Assembly: GCF_001194135.2 (NCBI RefSeq)
Contig: NC_069001.1
Coordinates: forward strand, 17,924,095-17,988,094
Direction of reading: 5' to 3'
Source: Octopus bimaculoides
Lineage: Eukaryota
Length of the DNA stretch: 64,000 nt
Both the position numbers and the translations under genes were made by a program. Shown here one piece after another: positions 48,997 through 62,660 of the stretch; positions within the stretch are counted from its first letter, which is position 1; the number at the start of each line of letters is the position of its first letter. Below the pieces are notes generated by a model. The model had not been told where the DNA came from. It saw only the letters and a program-made list of their open reading frames with translations, and did not search any database.

Positions 48997-49213
48997 CCCT
49001 TTCACATTCAGATTACTCTTTCAAATGTAATGCTTAGTTATTCACATTTAAAAAAATTAATCATGCATTATCTCACAGCTTTGGGATTTTGATATGATTG
49101 TATATTTTTAGAATGGCATTGTAAGGTAGGTGTAAGAGGCTAGATCTTGATAGTTTGAACATAAAACAGGTAGAATATTTGGGCCAGATGTGGCCAGTTT
49201 GAATGCTAAAGGG
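48997..49213. mobile_element. piggyBac-type MITE, 217 bp
   Basis: TTAA|CCCTTT ... AAAGGG|TTAA termini. Confidence 0.85.
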
Positions 49214-50542
49214 TTAAAAAGCTCTGCTCATAGAAACATTGTTTCATTGAAGTTCTCAAAGTTTAAGAGGTCACTGGAGAATAACATAGGTGACAGGTCT
49301 CTATAAATCAATCTAATAAAGATGGTAAACTTCAGTTAAAACATAAAAACGAAATAAACCTAAATGTAGAGTTCCAATCTCTAATCTCACAGAATCCCTT
49401 AAGAGAATTTACAAACAGTAAATATAAAATATAAAAGATTGATGCTAAAGCATTTTAGGATCTAAAATATTCAACCCTTTGTTGCCAACAGCTCTATAGT
49501 GTAAGGTTTCACAGGAACTTGTCAGCTTCAGCTGATGTTGGTGATGTCAAAGATGGTTCAAAAGACATCTTGGCATTGCAGGTCCTGGTCAATGATGATG
49601 GAAGATGAGGCTGCAAAATGTTCTTTAAATATTCAGTGCTGACTGCTATTTCTTGCATTAGGGATCACCAGTTGTACAGAAAAGAACACTGGAGTCTGTT
49701 GGGATTTTGATATTTTTTCATACACAAAAAAATGAATGTTGTTATTAATATAAACAACAAAATGTCAAAAGAGGTTTTGTTTTTGTTCGCTCTGCTGCAT
49801 CCAAACCTCTCTATCTAGTAGTCATGGTGTGTCAACTCTTATACTGGTTGAAAGACTGAGAATGAAATGTGCCAAAATAAGGGATTGTTGTTGGAGCCTA
49901 TTTGATGTGAAGTTGTGATTGGTCAGATTTTGTTCATCACGTGGGCAATATTCTAGTGAAGCATATCAGGTGATTGCTGAATAGCCTTGCTACAGGATTA
50001 TCAAAGTTTGTCATCTTCTACCTTCCTTTATGGGCTTGTTTATGTTGTTACATTTCAAAGCATAGATTATACACCTATTGCACAGAAGTGTACATTTTTA
50101 GGCTAAAATACTGAACAACTTAACATTTCATGAATGTAAAATCCAGTTCAATTTCGCATCAATTTGCCAAATTCTGGTCTTCAATTAGGTGTCAGAATAT
50201 CAATATATTTATGCAAAAATAGATTCCTGACAAAAGTTTTGTAAAAGAAACAAGTGTCCACACATGTTCACTTTTCCAAAGAAAGCCAAAATAATTTACA
50301 AAATCCATGAAAAAGTCTTTACAGCCCACTGCACAACCTCAGTTTTATCTCTTCAGTAACAACTGGGTGGGGGATGAGGTCAAGACTTGCTAGCTGCTAC
50401 TTTGACAATTACTGCACTAGTTTACTTTAGCTCTTAACAGTTTATATTTTATAAGAAAACAATTTCACTTTTAAGCCTGGAAATCACTTTCATAAGCCCT
50501 GGAAATGATAATTTATTCCAGAAACTTTTTTTTTTACAGTTA

Positions 50543-52473
50543 CAAGGTGGTACCAAAAGCCTCTTGGACTAGTTATATTTAATAAAAAAATAACTTATTT
50601 ACTTAAGTTTTAAGGCATTCCTTCATTACATGCAACAAAAAGCACGTGGTATTGTTTGTTAATTTCCGTAAAAAATTTAGAACATGAAAAGGCGACATTT
50701 GATTTGAAATAGAGCAGGAAGCTGAAAGAGAGAAAGTGAAAATGTATGTAGTGTATATGAAATGGACGTGTGTGCGTGTGTGTGTGTGTGTGAGTGATTG
50801 AGTGAGAGAGAGAGAGAGAATGAGAGTGATTGAAGGTGTGTGTTGTCATGCATGTATTTTTTTTGCATGTATAGTGGCTGTTGTTGGCTGTTCAAGTGTG
50901 TGTTATTAAATGGAAAAACAGTTAGTTTGAATCGCTATAAGACATTTTTGTGTATAAATATATTGTTTATTCTGTGTTCACCTTTTGTGGTGGAAGCATG
51001 TAGTATGATATAAAAACATGTTTTTTACATACAAAGAAAGTTTTGAGTTTTGCTTTTGCACTGAAAGAAGTAACATATAATATTTGTATTACAGTATATA
51101 TGCATGTGTTTAATGAGTCATTTTGAGAATGTGTGTGTGATAAAATATTGCATGTGGGAGATTGTGCATGGAGTTGCAGAGAAGACATGTGTCTTTGACT
51201 GAAGCTTGGCAGGAACTGAGTGATTCTACAGTATAGCTCAGAATGAGGCTATTGTATCAAAATGAGGCTAGACCCTCATCAATATATTCGTCTGCTGTGC
51301 AGGTCGACTCATATATTACCATGTAATATGTATCTCTGCTACACATGTATGTGTAAGTGACACTCACATGCACACATTATCTTTCATATACACACACATG
51401 CATAGATGTAAATAAATAGACATGCATACATAATTTTTGTGTGATAGAGAGAGCGAGTGAGTGCCATTTACACATACATGCAAAAAATAGACATAAATAG
51501 ATGTACATGCATAGATGTACATAAATAGATATGCATACATCATTTTTGTGTGTGATAGAGAGAGAGCGAGTGAGTGCCACTTACACATACATGCAAAAAA
51601 ATACATACACGACAACATACACCTTCAGTCACTTACTCTCTACACACAAACACTCACGTCCATTTTATATACAAGTATATACATCTTTCCCTTTCTCCTC
51701 TCTTTCAACTTCCTGCTGTAACTTTAAAGCAAATGTTGCTTTCAAAGAGAAGTAAAGAAATGAAAATTTTTTACAGAAATTAATGAACAACACCATGGGA
51801 GTTTCGACAACTTTGTGGCTTCTCATGAATGAATGCCAATTTTAATATCATCTCCTTCGAAATAGTCACCTTGCGCAGCGGTCTACCAGTCCCAGCATTC
51901 CTGCAACTTTTGGAATCTGGCCTGGGAAGTTGTTTAATGTAAGCAAGTCAAGGACCTGTGATTTACTCTGGATCTCAACGACGATGTTAAAACATCAACC
52001 TTTGAGCTGCATTTTCATCTTGGGGAAGAAATGGAAGTCCACAAGTGCTAAATCTGGAGAATAGGACAGGTACAGAAGCAACATCATGTTTTTGGCGAGA
52101 AACTCAGTGACAGGGTATATTGTTGTTGTGAAGAATCCAATTCTTCATGCTTCACTCGAAATATTGCATACGACTCATTGCCTCGTTGCCGTAACCTTGC
52201 TGAAGAATGCTCAGTGTCTCTGTAGGAGACTTCCCAAGTTTAACGCAAAATTTCACGCTGGATCTTTGTTTCTGTCCATGACAAAATCACAAATTACAGC
52301 ATACACGTGATCACAAAAACACAAATTTCACAACTTGCGAAGTAAACACAGCAATGTCACTCTGCACAGTGTCTCATGAAGGCCACTGCCAGCTCTCACT
52401 GCGTTCGCAACTGTATACTGCCATCTGTTGGCGAGCGACAGAACTAGACTGGGAACTTTTTGATACCACCTCG
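50543..52473. mobile_element. Mariner-type non-autonomous element with a ~1.2-kb fold-back insert (~50625-51820)
   Basis: TA-flanked TIRs caaggtggtaccaaaagc / gggaactttttgataccacctcg; the insert has inverted arms ~50645-50870 / 51570-51810. Confidence 0.65.
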
Positions 52474-55400
52474 TATGTGAAACAGAAAAGCTCACCAGCA
52501 ACCAGGCTGAAGTCCACAGTTTTAATTGTTTGTAGTTCTTTTGTGACAGTTTATTTTGTGAGACGTAGCAGTTTGTAAGTTAATTTTGTTGTTTTGTGTC
52601 AGTGTTTTTAACACTTNNNNNNNNNNNNNNNNNNNNNNNNNNNNNNNNNNNNNNNNNNNNNNNNNNNNNNNNNNNNNNNNNNNNNNNNNNNNNNNNNNNN
52701 NNNNNNNNNNNNNNNNNNNNNNNNNNNNNNNNNNNNNNNNNNNNNNNNNNNNNNNNNNNNNNNNNNNNNNNNNNNNNNNNNNNNNNNNNNNNNNNNNNNN
52801 NNNNNNNNNNNNNNNNNNNNNNNNNNNNNNNNNNNNNNNNNNNNNNNNNNNNNNNNNNNNNNNNNNNNNNNNNNNNNNNNNNNNNNNNNNNNNNNNNNNN
52901 NNNNNNNNNNNNNNNNNNNNNNNNNNNNNNNNNNNNNNNNNNNNNNNNNNNNNNNNNNNNNNNNNNNNNNNNNNNNNNNNNNNNNNNNNNNNNNNNNNNN
53001 NNNNNNNNNNNNNNNNNNNNNNNNNNNNNNNNNNNNNNNNNNNNNNNNNNNNNNNNNNNNNNNNNNNNNNNNNNNNNNNNNNNNNNNNNNNNNNNNNNNN
53101 NNNNNNNNNNNNNNNNNNNNNNNNNNNNNNNNNNNNNNNNNNNNNNNNNNNNNNNNNNNNNNNNNNNNNNNNNNNNNNNNNNNNNNNNNNNNNNNNNNNN
53201 NNNNNNNNNNNNNNNNNNNNNNNNNNNNNNNNNNNNNNNNNNNNNNNNNNNNNNNNNNNNNNNNNNNNNNNNNNNNNNNNNNNNNNNNNNNNNNNNNNNN
53301 NNNNNNNNNNNNNNNNNNNNNNNNNNNNNNNNNNNNNNNNNNNNNNNNNNNNNNNNNNNNNNNNNNNNNNNNNNNNNNNNNNNNNNNNNNNNNNNNNNNN
53401 NNNNNNNNNNNNNNNNNNNNNNNNNNNNNNNNNNNNNNNNNNNNNNNAAAAAAGAAAGAAGAGGAAGAAGATAAGCCCAATGCATGTAGAACCCCACCCC
53501 ACAACAACCCAATGCCCACCCATACCCTCTTAGTCCCACCCTCTCCCTGCAGACACTAAACCTTCCCATTCTCCTCCAACACAAAAACAAAAAAAGAAGA
53601 GAGCTTACACACAGGAATTCACAAACTCCCCCCCCCCATTGGTTGTTTTGCGTGTGTGATGTTTGAAGACGTGGAAAAGGAACTGGTTGAAAGGGTGACT
53701 GGATGGGAAAATACACTTATGTTGATGTAGAGAAGGAAGAGAGTATTGAAGGAGAGAGTACAGTTCTGTTAATAACGGAACAACAAGTGTTGGATATAAA
53801 GGGACACAAAGGAGACTATGAGCTGTGGAAGGTGGACTATGACATGGGAAAGCTGCCACGGTAGATAGAATACAAAAAACTAAAAATACAATACGGACTG
53901 GATACAATGGCACACAGAGGTAAAGTAAGTGATGTTACTTGATGGCGCAAGTAACACAATTTTCATTATATCATACGTTTTATTTTTTTTTCCTTTGTTT
54001 TATGTCCCCAAATGTGATGTATTGTTCCTCTTTGTTAGCCCGTTATGGGTAATAAAGAAATAAGTTTTAATTGTTTGTTGTATTCTCACTTGATGGAGGG
54101 AACATAAGATCACTATACACCGGTAGCAGACTGACTTGCAAGGTAATGAAAAATATATTTGTTTATTAGTTTGGTATTCGTCAAATAAATAAATAAATCA
54201 CAATTATGAATCAAATAATATATATTTTACAATCTATCTAGCGAAATTTTCTATTTTTTCTTATCGTAACATTTTGTTATCACATTAACAGAAACCTTCT
54301 TACTTTTGAAAGTTTCGTATGAGCCACTTCAGTCTGGTGACGACTTGGTTGAATTCTGGCGCCAAACCAAACAAAATAGATTTTCCAATTTCTTTCTGGT
54401 AAGTCTGGTTATTCTATAGTCCTCAATCTCTCTCTCTTTTTTGACGACTGTATCTTGGGCATATCTTTAGTTGATGTTAATTTATTAACCAGGAGACTAA
54501 ACAAAATGCTTTAATTATATCAATTATTATTGTCATATCTGTTTCTATGTCTATGTAGCAAGCTCAGCTAGTCTCCCTCTGGCTTTTCTTTTAGTTGGCG
54601 ACTGTCTCTGAAATATATATATTATCAGTTATTGTCATGTATCTGTTTGTGTCGTTTGGTTTTTACAAGCGGGAGGGGAAAATGTAAGTGTATTTGTAAA
54701 ACTAAACTTATTTATATAAATAATCATTAATTTCCGCTATTAAAACATACATCAACACACACATCAAACCAGAATAGGAAAACACTAAGAGAATGAAATT
54801 TATCTTTGTTACATTTTATGTCCCGTAGAGTAGAGCACTTAAGAATAGTTTCCCGCACTTGGGTGTTTATCATATATTTCTGTCTACATTTACGTTTGGT
54901 TTTACTGATGGGAGCAAAAGATTTCAGAATGTAAAGTTCCAAATATATTACATAATTAATATTTTATTTCTCTTGTACTAACCTCAAAAAAGACATGAAA
55001 TAAATACCTTTGTTGCTTTTTATATCTCGTAAAGTAGGACATTTCAAAAGTTTCCTACATTTGACGTATTTATCACACTGATCATTCCTAACGAACTTCC
55101 CCGATTGTTTTTAATTTAATTTATAACTTGACCTCTCGAATGATGATGATAATAATAATAATAATTTTGATACAAGGCCAGCAATTTCAGAGGAGGGAAT
55201 AAATCGATTACATCGACCCCAGTGCTCAACTGGTTCTTATTTTATCGACCCTGAACGGATGAAAGACTAAGTCGACCTCAGCGGAATTTGGATTCTCAAC
55301 ACGAAGATAGACGAAATGCCGCTAAGCATTTTACTCGGTGTGCTAACGATTCTGCCTCTGTCATACTGACAGCTGGTGAGAATGCAATCATTTGTACTGT

Positions 55401-57584
55401 TTATGTTGTTAAGCTTCCCTCCTCCCATCACCAGGTCAGAACTATTTGAAATTTAGAAGACGATAGGCTGTTATTTCTAGCATGTCAAGCGATCACACAG
55501 TGGCTCTGTTGTGTATCCTAATGTTGTGATGAAGTTGTTTAACTTCTAGGTCAGCTCTAATCGAGCAGGCTTGTTTATTTACTATCAGAGGCACTCTATA
55601 CGTGACCAACCAGTCATGCAGAACTAATTCAATATATCTTTTATAAATGAAAGATGATGGCGGGAGATTAGGTTGTGGTTTCTTGCATATTCGGAATCTC
55701 CGTCATCTAAAACATTTAAAAAAAAAAAAATTTGAAAAAAGTTCAAAATTTTAAATTGGGGGTGACGGGGTGAAATTTAAAAAAACAACTTTTTTTGCAT
55801 ATTCGGATGTAAATTTTGCATATACATCTAAAACTTAGGGATCCGAAAATATTTTTCAAAAAAATGCATTTTTTCAGGAGAGGTGCGATTCTGCATGAGC
55901 CCCGGTTGCTATTTCTTGAAACTCCAACGCGTACGTAGTGGCTTCTTTGTCTTTTGGAGTTTACCTTCGTGGGAAATCCACGTACATGGTGATCATGTTG
56001 CTGATCCAATCATAACGACTGATGTATGAAAGTCTTTTACAGTCTGTCATGAAAAATATCGATTAGATGTTAGGTTGAATGGTGGGTATTCTTTCGGTTT
56101 ATGATGTAAAAAAAAAAAATCCTAAGTAGGTGGCGTTAGAAAATGGAAATTTAGTAGAGAAGTTAAAATACTTTATTGAAGTTTGTATTTCGTTTGAAAA
56201 AAGTTTTATTTATTAATTATTTGTAATCTTTGTTGGTGAAAACAGGAATCTGAAGAAATTTTTGTGAAAAAATAAAAACAGAAGGGGTGTGTTTATTTTT
56301 CTAAACATTACCGAATAGTGTTAATATTTCCACTTCCATTTTGTGGCCAAAAACTGAAAGAATATCAATGAGATAGATGGAATACTTGCAGTTATACAAT
56401 AATACTTGGATTTCTTGTGTTGTTTTTAGCTTCGTGTCAACTATGGTTGGGAGAACATGTTTAAAATACTTTTGTTCAGTTTCATCTGTCTTTTTTTTTG
56501 TGGTGTTTCTAGGACTATGTTGAAGAATGTTTAATTGTGGCATTGTTTACCACCTCACTGCCCTTCCTTTGTTTTTCAAGTAACAGATTTTCTTATTCCA
56601 CATAGATTTTGAAGACCCAAAGCAAGAGGGAGACTAGTTCTTGACTGGAGATTAAGAAGCTTGTTTCCCAATTACATGTTTGGGTTTAGTCCCATTCCAT
56701 GGTACCTTGGGCAAGTGTCTTCTACTATAGCCTCAGGCTGACCAAAGCCTTGTTAGTAGATTTGGTAGAGGGGGAAGCTTAAAAGAAGCCCATCATAAAT
56801 GTGTGTGTGTCTGTGTTTGTATCCCACCACTACTTGTCAAAAGAGACCAATAGAATAGATATTAGGCTTTAAAAATTAAGAACTGGGGTTGATTCATTTG
56901 ACTAAAATTTCTTCAAGGCAGTGCCCCAGCATGGCCATGGTCTAATGACAAACAAATAAAAGATAAAAGATTTAATCTTTAGGTGCAATACAAATCCTAA
57001 TATGGTCATTTCTGTTTTGGAATCCTGTCTTTCCAAATATATTAACCATTCAGTTTGTTTCTTATATTCCTGTTGATACACTAAGATTAAACAGATGTAA
57101 TATAGTTCAAAAGGGTGGAACCTTATTTTTTTTATCCTTAATGATTTTAGATATTAGCTTCTACAAACTTTTATAAAGTTATTACTTCTTCCCAGCTATG
57201 TGGGCTTGGGTTCAGTCTCACTACATGGCACTTTGGGCAAATATCTTACCGAAGCCGTGTGTCAGAAACTGAAAGAAGCCAATCGTATATGTATATATTA
57301 CCATAATATATAGGTGTGTGTGTTTTGTGTGTACCCTTGTCTTGGACATCACCTGGTTATTGTAAATGAGCATCGTTATCATCCTGCAAATAAGGTTGTT
57401 TGTTTTTGGTCTTCTGTGAAAAACATGTCTGGCTATGAGAAAATACTACTCTACTTGGAAACAGGTGAGAGTTGGTGACAGGAAGGGCATCCAGTTATGG
57501 AAAATCTGCCTCATAAATTCTTTTTGATCCATACAGGTGTAGAGGAATGGGCATTGGATTCAATAATGCTTATTACTCTAGACC

Positions 57585-57830
57585 CGTGGAAGAGGGAGAC
57601 CCAGGAAGACATGGGATGAAGGGGTCAGGATCGATCTCAGGATGTTAGGCCTCATGGAGGAAAGGACAATGGACTGAGATGTCTGGCAATATAAAGTTCT
57701 TGAGAAGAACCCATGTCAGCGAAACTGAGTTCTAGAAGCAGTACAAACCCTACCCCAATAAATAAAAAAAGCATCTCTTCTTCACATTTCCTCCTTCATG
57801 CACTATGCTTATCTCTCACTCCCCAATCCT
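57585..57830 (+). mobile_element. RTE LINE extreme 3' end (same tail as 23995-24290)
   Basis: ggaagagggagacccaggaagacatgggatgaa...aactgagttctagaagca is shared with 24008-24160. Confidence 0.8.
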
Positions 57831-57974
57831 GACCTCACATCCCTGTTCACTGGGAAGGGCATCCAATCATAGAAACCCTGCTAAAATGGATAGAAGTCTG
57901 GCCAGCTCCTGTTAAACTGTCGAACCCATGCCAGGATGGAAGGAGGATGTTAAACGATGATGATGATCTTTTAT

Positions 57975-58200
57975 AGAGGGTGACCAATAAAGACCTCTAC
58001 AGGGACCTTCTCCTAATATTAGAGGTAGTCAGAGCCAGGAGACTCTATTTTGCTGGGCATTGGTACTAGGCCAGGAATGAATGCATCGGGGATTGTGTTG
58101 CTCCGGGAATCAACACATGATTACTGGAGAAGAGGTCAACTGGCTATAATATAGTTGACAGACTAAAGATCAACAGTGGTTTATTAGTTCTTGTGTTGAA
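57975..58200 (+). mobile_element. Old RTE-like LINE C-terminal fragment (different family)
   Basis: VTNKDLY...VVRARRLYFAGHW.. resembles the RRLRFAGH motif. Confidence 0.55.
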
Positions 58201-58967
58201 GTTGGTAATGGAGGACAGGGACAATTGTAGGAACGTCTGTGCAGATCAATGAAACTCAATCTAAAGAAGAGAAGAATTATTAAAGTTAGGATTAGGCCAT
58301 CTTATGGGTTCACCTCCCTCAAGAATGTGTATGACTTGATTAAGTTAGTTATCTCAGACAATGATAATGAATCAATGAAATTTGGAATTATTACATGTGA
58401 TTTTAATTTGCTTGGTATGTGGACAGAATTTACAAAATACATGTCTAAATGAAGAATGCAGAAATTCTTCATTTTATACAGCTTATTTTCTAACCCTGCT
58501 TGTATCAAAGGTAATATTTTGTAAATCTAGTTTTTGTAAACAAAATAAACTTCATCGTCGTCACTGGCATGGGTTAGATGGCTCCAATCTGATCTGACAA
58601 AGTTTCTACAGCTAGATGCCCTTCCTAATGCCAACCACTCTGAGAGTGTAGTGGTTGCTTTTTACATGCCACCAGCATGAGGGCCAGTCAGGCAGTACTG
58701 GCATTGACCACGCTTGAATGGTGCTTTTTATGTACTACCGGCATGGGAGCCAGTCAGGTGGCACTGGCAACGATCACGCTCGAATGATGCTTTTTATGTG
58801 CCAGCGGCACTGGCATCGACCACACGCGAATGGTGCTTTTTACGTACCACCAGCACGTAAATTTCGATTTAAACTTAGCAATTTAGAATTATTAAATGCA
58901 AATGTTCACTGTATCATTATAAACCCAATGTACAGGTAGATTGGAAAAAGAATTGACAATTTGCACA

Positions 58968-59132
58968 TGCTGTGTGGCGTACCTGTACTATGAGTCATAA
59001 CCTGGACTCGCGCAAATGCGGCTGCTGTGTGGCGTACCTGTACTATGAGTCATAACCTGGACTCGCGCAAATGCAGCTGCTGTGTGGCGTACCTGTGCTA
59101 TGAGTCATAACCTGGACTCGCGCAAATGCGGC
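58968..59132. repeat. 55-bp GC-rich minisatellite, exactly 3 copies
   Basis: Unit tgctgtgtggcgtacctgtactatgagtcataacctggactcgcgcaaatgcggc; only 2 substitutions across the copies. Confidence 0.95.
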
Positions 59133-61439
59133 CATTCGTGTTGTGTTTATATTGGTACATTTTTAAGTATTTTGCATTTGATAATCCTAAGTTGCTATGT
59201 TTAAATCGAAATTTACATATAACTTTTAATTCTTCATTGAGTGATATCAAATTTTATGTATGTTCTGAGGCAACTTTTATAAGTGATGTACATCTGTGTT
59301 ATTTGTCCACAAGCATGGGGTATATCCTGGGCTGGTTGTCTGGAGTGGGTATAGTCAGGGCTAGCCCCAAGTATAGTCTGGGCTGTTCCACTGCCAATTT
59401 TCAATCCTGTTTAGACTTGTTGCACCCATACCCCTGCACCGATCGATAAAGCCACAGAGAGACGCTTGCATTCAAGTATGTGCATGTACGCCCTGTGCGC
59501 ATCACCTCAGATGCATTCTAAATTAGGAGTTCTATGTAGTGCGTGCATGTTCAATGGTTCCAGTTTTAGCTAAAACTGTAAAACCTAGGGTTTTGAACAT
59601 TAAAAATTTAAAAATTGGCAACCCCTCTTAAGCTGTTTTATATACTAACCTATCTTTTTGGAAGGAATGTCATATTTGAAACTATTTTTTTGTTAACATA
59701 GGTGCAGGTGTGGAGTTTGTCTCTCAACCCCATGGTTACAAGTTCAGTCCCACTGTATGGCACCTTGAGCAAGTGTTTTCTACAATAGGCTTGGGCTGAC
59801 CAAAGCATTGTGAGTGGATTTGGTAGATAGAAACTGAAAGAACCCTGTCATATATATATAAGTACTGGAGTTAGTTCATTCAACTAAAAGGTCTTCAAGG
59901 CAGTGCTCCAACATGGCCACAGTCTAATGACTGAAACAGATAAAAGATATGTAAAGTTTATGGAGACAACATGACTTGCAGAACATCATTCCTGGAATAA
60001 CCATGAAATTTAATTTTGCAGTGAAAAGGTTAAAAAGATATAAAGCCATTTAAAATTTTTGAACATGACCACCCCTTTTCAAACCTCACAGACCCCATGT
60101 TTTCAGCAACATTGATTTAATATGCCACAGTAGTTGAAAGTGGAAAGGCCATCAAATTGTTCNNNNNNNNNNNNNNNNNNNNNNNNNNNNNNNNNNNNNN
60201 NNNNNNNNNNNNNNNNNNNNNNNNNNNNNNNNNNNNNNNNNNNNNNNNNNNNNNNNNNNNNNNNNNNNNNNNNNNNNNNNNNNNNNNNNNNNNNNNNNNN
60301 NNNNNNNNNNNNNNNNNNNNNNNNNNNNNNNNNNNNNNNNNNNNNNNNNNNNNNNNNNNNNNNNNNNNNNNNNNNNNNNNNNNNNNNNNNNNNNNNNNNN
60401 NNNNNNNNNNNNNNNNNNNNNNNNNNNNNNNNNNNNNNNNNNNNNNNNNNNNNNNNNNNNNNNNNNNNNNNNNNNNNNNNNNNNNNNNNNNNNNNNNNNN
60501 NNNNNNNNNNNNNNNNNNNNNNNNNNNNNNNNNNNNNNNNNNNNNNNNNNNNNNNNNNNNNNNNNNNNNNNNNNNNNNNNNNNNNNNNNNNNNNNNNNNN
60601 NNNNNNNNNNNNNNNNNNNNNNNNNNNNNNNNNNNNNNNNNNNNNNNNNNNNNNNNNNNNNNNNNNNNNNNNNNNNNNNNNNNNNNNNNNNNNNNNNNNN
60701 NNNNNNNNNNNNNNNNNNNNNNNNNNNNNNNNNNNNNNNNNNNNNNNNNNNNNNNNNNNNNNNNNNNNNNNNNNNNNNNNNNNNNNNNNNNNNNNNNNNN
60801 NNNNNNNNNNNNNNNNNNNNNNNNNNNNNNNNNNNNNNNNNNNNNNNNNNNNNNNNNNNNNNNNNNNNNNNNNNNNNNNNNNNNNNNNNNNNNNNNNNNN
60901 NNNNNNNNNNNNNNNNNNNNNNNNNNNNNNNNNNNNNNNNNNNNNNNNNNNNNNNNNNNNNNNNNNNNNNNNNNNNNNNNNNNNNNNNNNNNNNNNNNNN
61001 NNNNNNNNNNNNNNNNNNNNNNNNNNNNNNNNNNNNNNNNNNNNNNNNNNNNNNNNNNNNNNNNNNNNNNNNNNNNNNNNNNNNNTTATTTTAAGTTTTT
61101 TTAAAAAAACGTTACCCCCAACTGAAGAAATCTAACACCACTTTTGAACCAAATCATGCAAAATTCTGGGGTGGCGTTCATAATACTTACTCAAGTTTTT
61201 ACCAAACTTGGTGTGCTGACTTAATGCAATGCAGAAGCAGTTTATCTCAAATTTCAGCTTTCAAGTTTAAGTAGTTTAGGAGTTATAGAGTTTTTAATTT
61301 GTTACCGTTTAGGTCCTACTTTAGGAAATATCCTCTTCCTCTCCTTTTTATTTCTGTGACACTAAAATCTCTGACTCTTATTAACTGTTTTTCACAATAG
61401 TAGGCTTATCCAACTAGAGTATCTAAAATAATGTCTCAT

Positions 61440-62660
61440 AAGAGAAGTGCTTGTGTCACTCAAAAAAACCAAAAAAATCTGGACGAAGAATCTCGTGCAA
61501 TTTCAAGACTCACTTAGGAAGAGAAGACCTGTTCCTCTAGAAGAGCATTTTTTGGAAAAACAACTGCAGGATACTAATGAAACTTGTCGTTCGCTACCTG
61601 TTCCTTGGAGGTATCATCAAAAGAAGGAAAGAAAGAACAAAAGAAATTTTGAAAGAAGTAACTTTTTTATGGCAAAAGAAATCAAATTTCTCATTATTAT
61701 TAATTCAAAATGTACAAAAAAAAGGAGAAAAAGTGCTGAATATCTACGATAAATGTATAAAATGAGGAAAATACAATTCTTTGAAAGGAATTTTTGACAT
61801 CCCAAAGGAAAATGATGAATGACTGTGCAGTGAGGATGGAAGGTTGTATTATCTTCAAATTGAAAGCAAGGGACAGGTTGGGTAGGGAACTGGAAAGGCG
61901 GCCAGTTCCAAAACTATCCATCCATCCAAAAGAAGAAACTTAATGCCAACTTCAACCAGAGCAACTCCAGTGTCATCGTCAGCATCTGAAGCAGAGACTG
62001 AAAGTGAATATCAAGAGTCCGAAAAATCAGATGAAGAATCCGTGCAAACAAGGAGAAAGTATAGCAAAACTGGAACTGCAACTAAGTTAGTAATATCCTC
62101 TGAGCTATCAATCCAAAAAGCAGCAACAATTATCTCAAGATGGAATCAATGTTGAAACTCCTTCCCAAACTGGTATTTACAGATCGACTATCAAAGAAGC
62201 TGTTAAACTAAAGAAAATGAAGAAAACACTACATTTAGAAAACTGGTCATTGCATTTTGATGGTAGACGTATTGTTGACCAAGAATACCAAATGCTAGTT
62301 TTAAAGAATGAACAGAGGAAGTTAAATTAGAAGCACTCCAATTACCAAAGGGAAAAACTGATGCTGTTGTGAAAGGAATAACAGCTGTTTTAGATGAATA
62401 CAATTTATGGAGCTGTTTAAAGATGATTGTTACTGATATGTGTGAACACTGGGAAAAGACATGGCATTGTCATTCAGTTGCAAAGACTTTGCTCAAAAGT
62501 GTTTGAAAGAACTGCAATTTATTGGTTGTCAGCATCATATCCTTGATAGAGTTCTTCATGTTATAATGGTGGAGGAAAAAGTCATCTCCTAATGTTGAAT
62601 ATATATTCATCCCAGTGCTTCTAAGTAATTATGAGAAACTCCAGGCTTATTTTCAACAAT
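61440..62660 (+). mobile_element. Degenerate hAT-superfamily (hATm-like) transposase
   Basis: Broken-frame translation: IAFDGRR, LEALQL..GKTDAVVKGITAVLDEYNLWSCLKMIVTD, QFIGCQHHILDRVL (CxxH), and N-terminal LWQKKSNF; stops and frameshifts. Confidence 0.65.

Noticed and set aside
58968-59132. 55-bp repeats as a CRISPR array or hammerhead multimer
   Set aside because: There are no spacers or cas genes and the context is eukaryotic; CTATGA-GTC..GAC lacks both CUGAUGA and GAAA.
4557-61135. Long ORFs in the track that span N runs (e.g. 4557..4997, 9427..10407, 52580..53716, 60134..61135)
   Set aside because: They are artefacts of translating N as X; only the mariner and Helitron flanks are meaningful.
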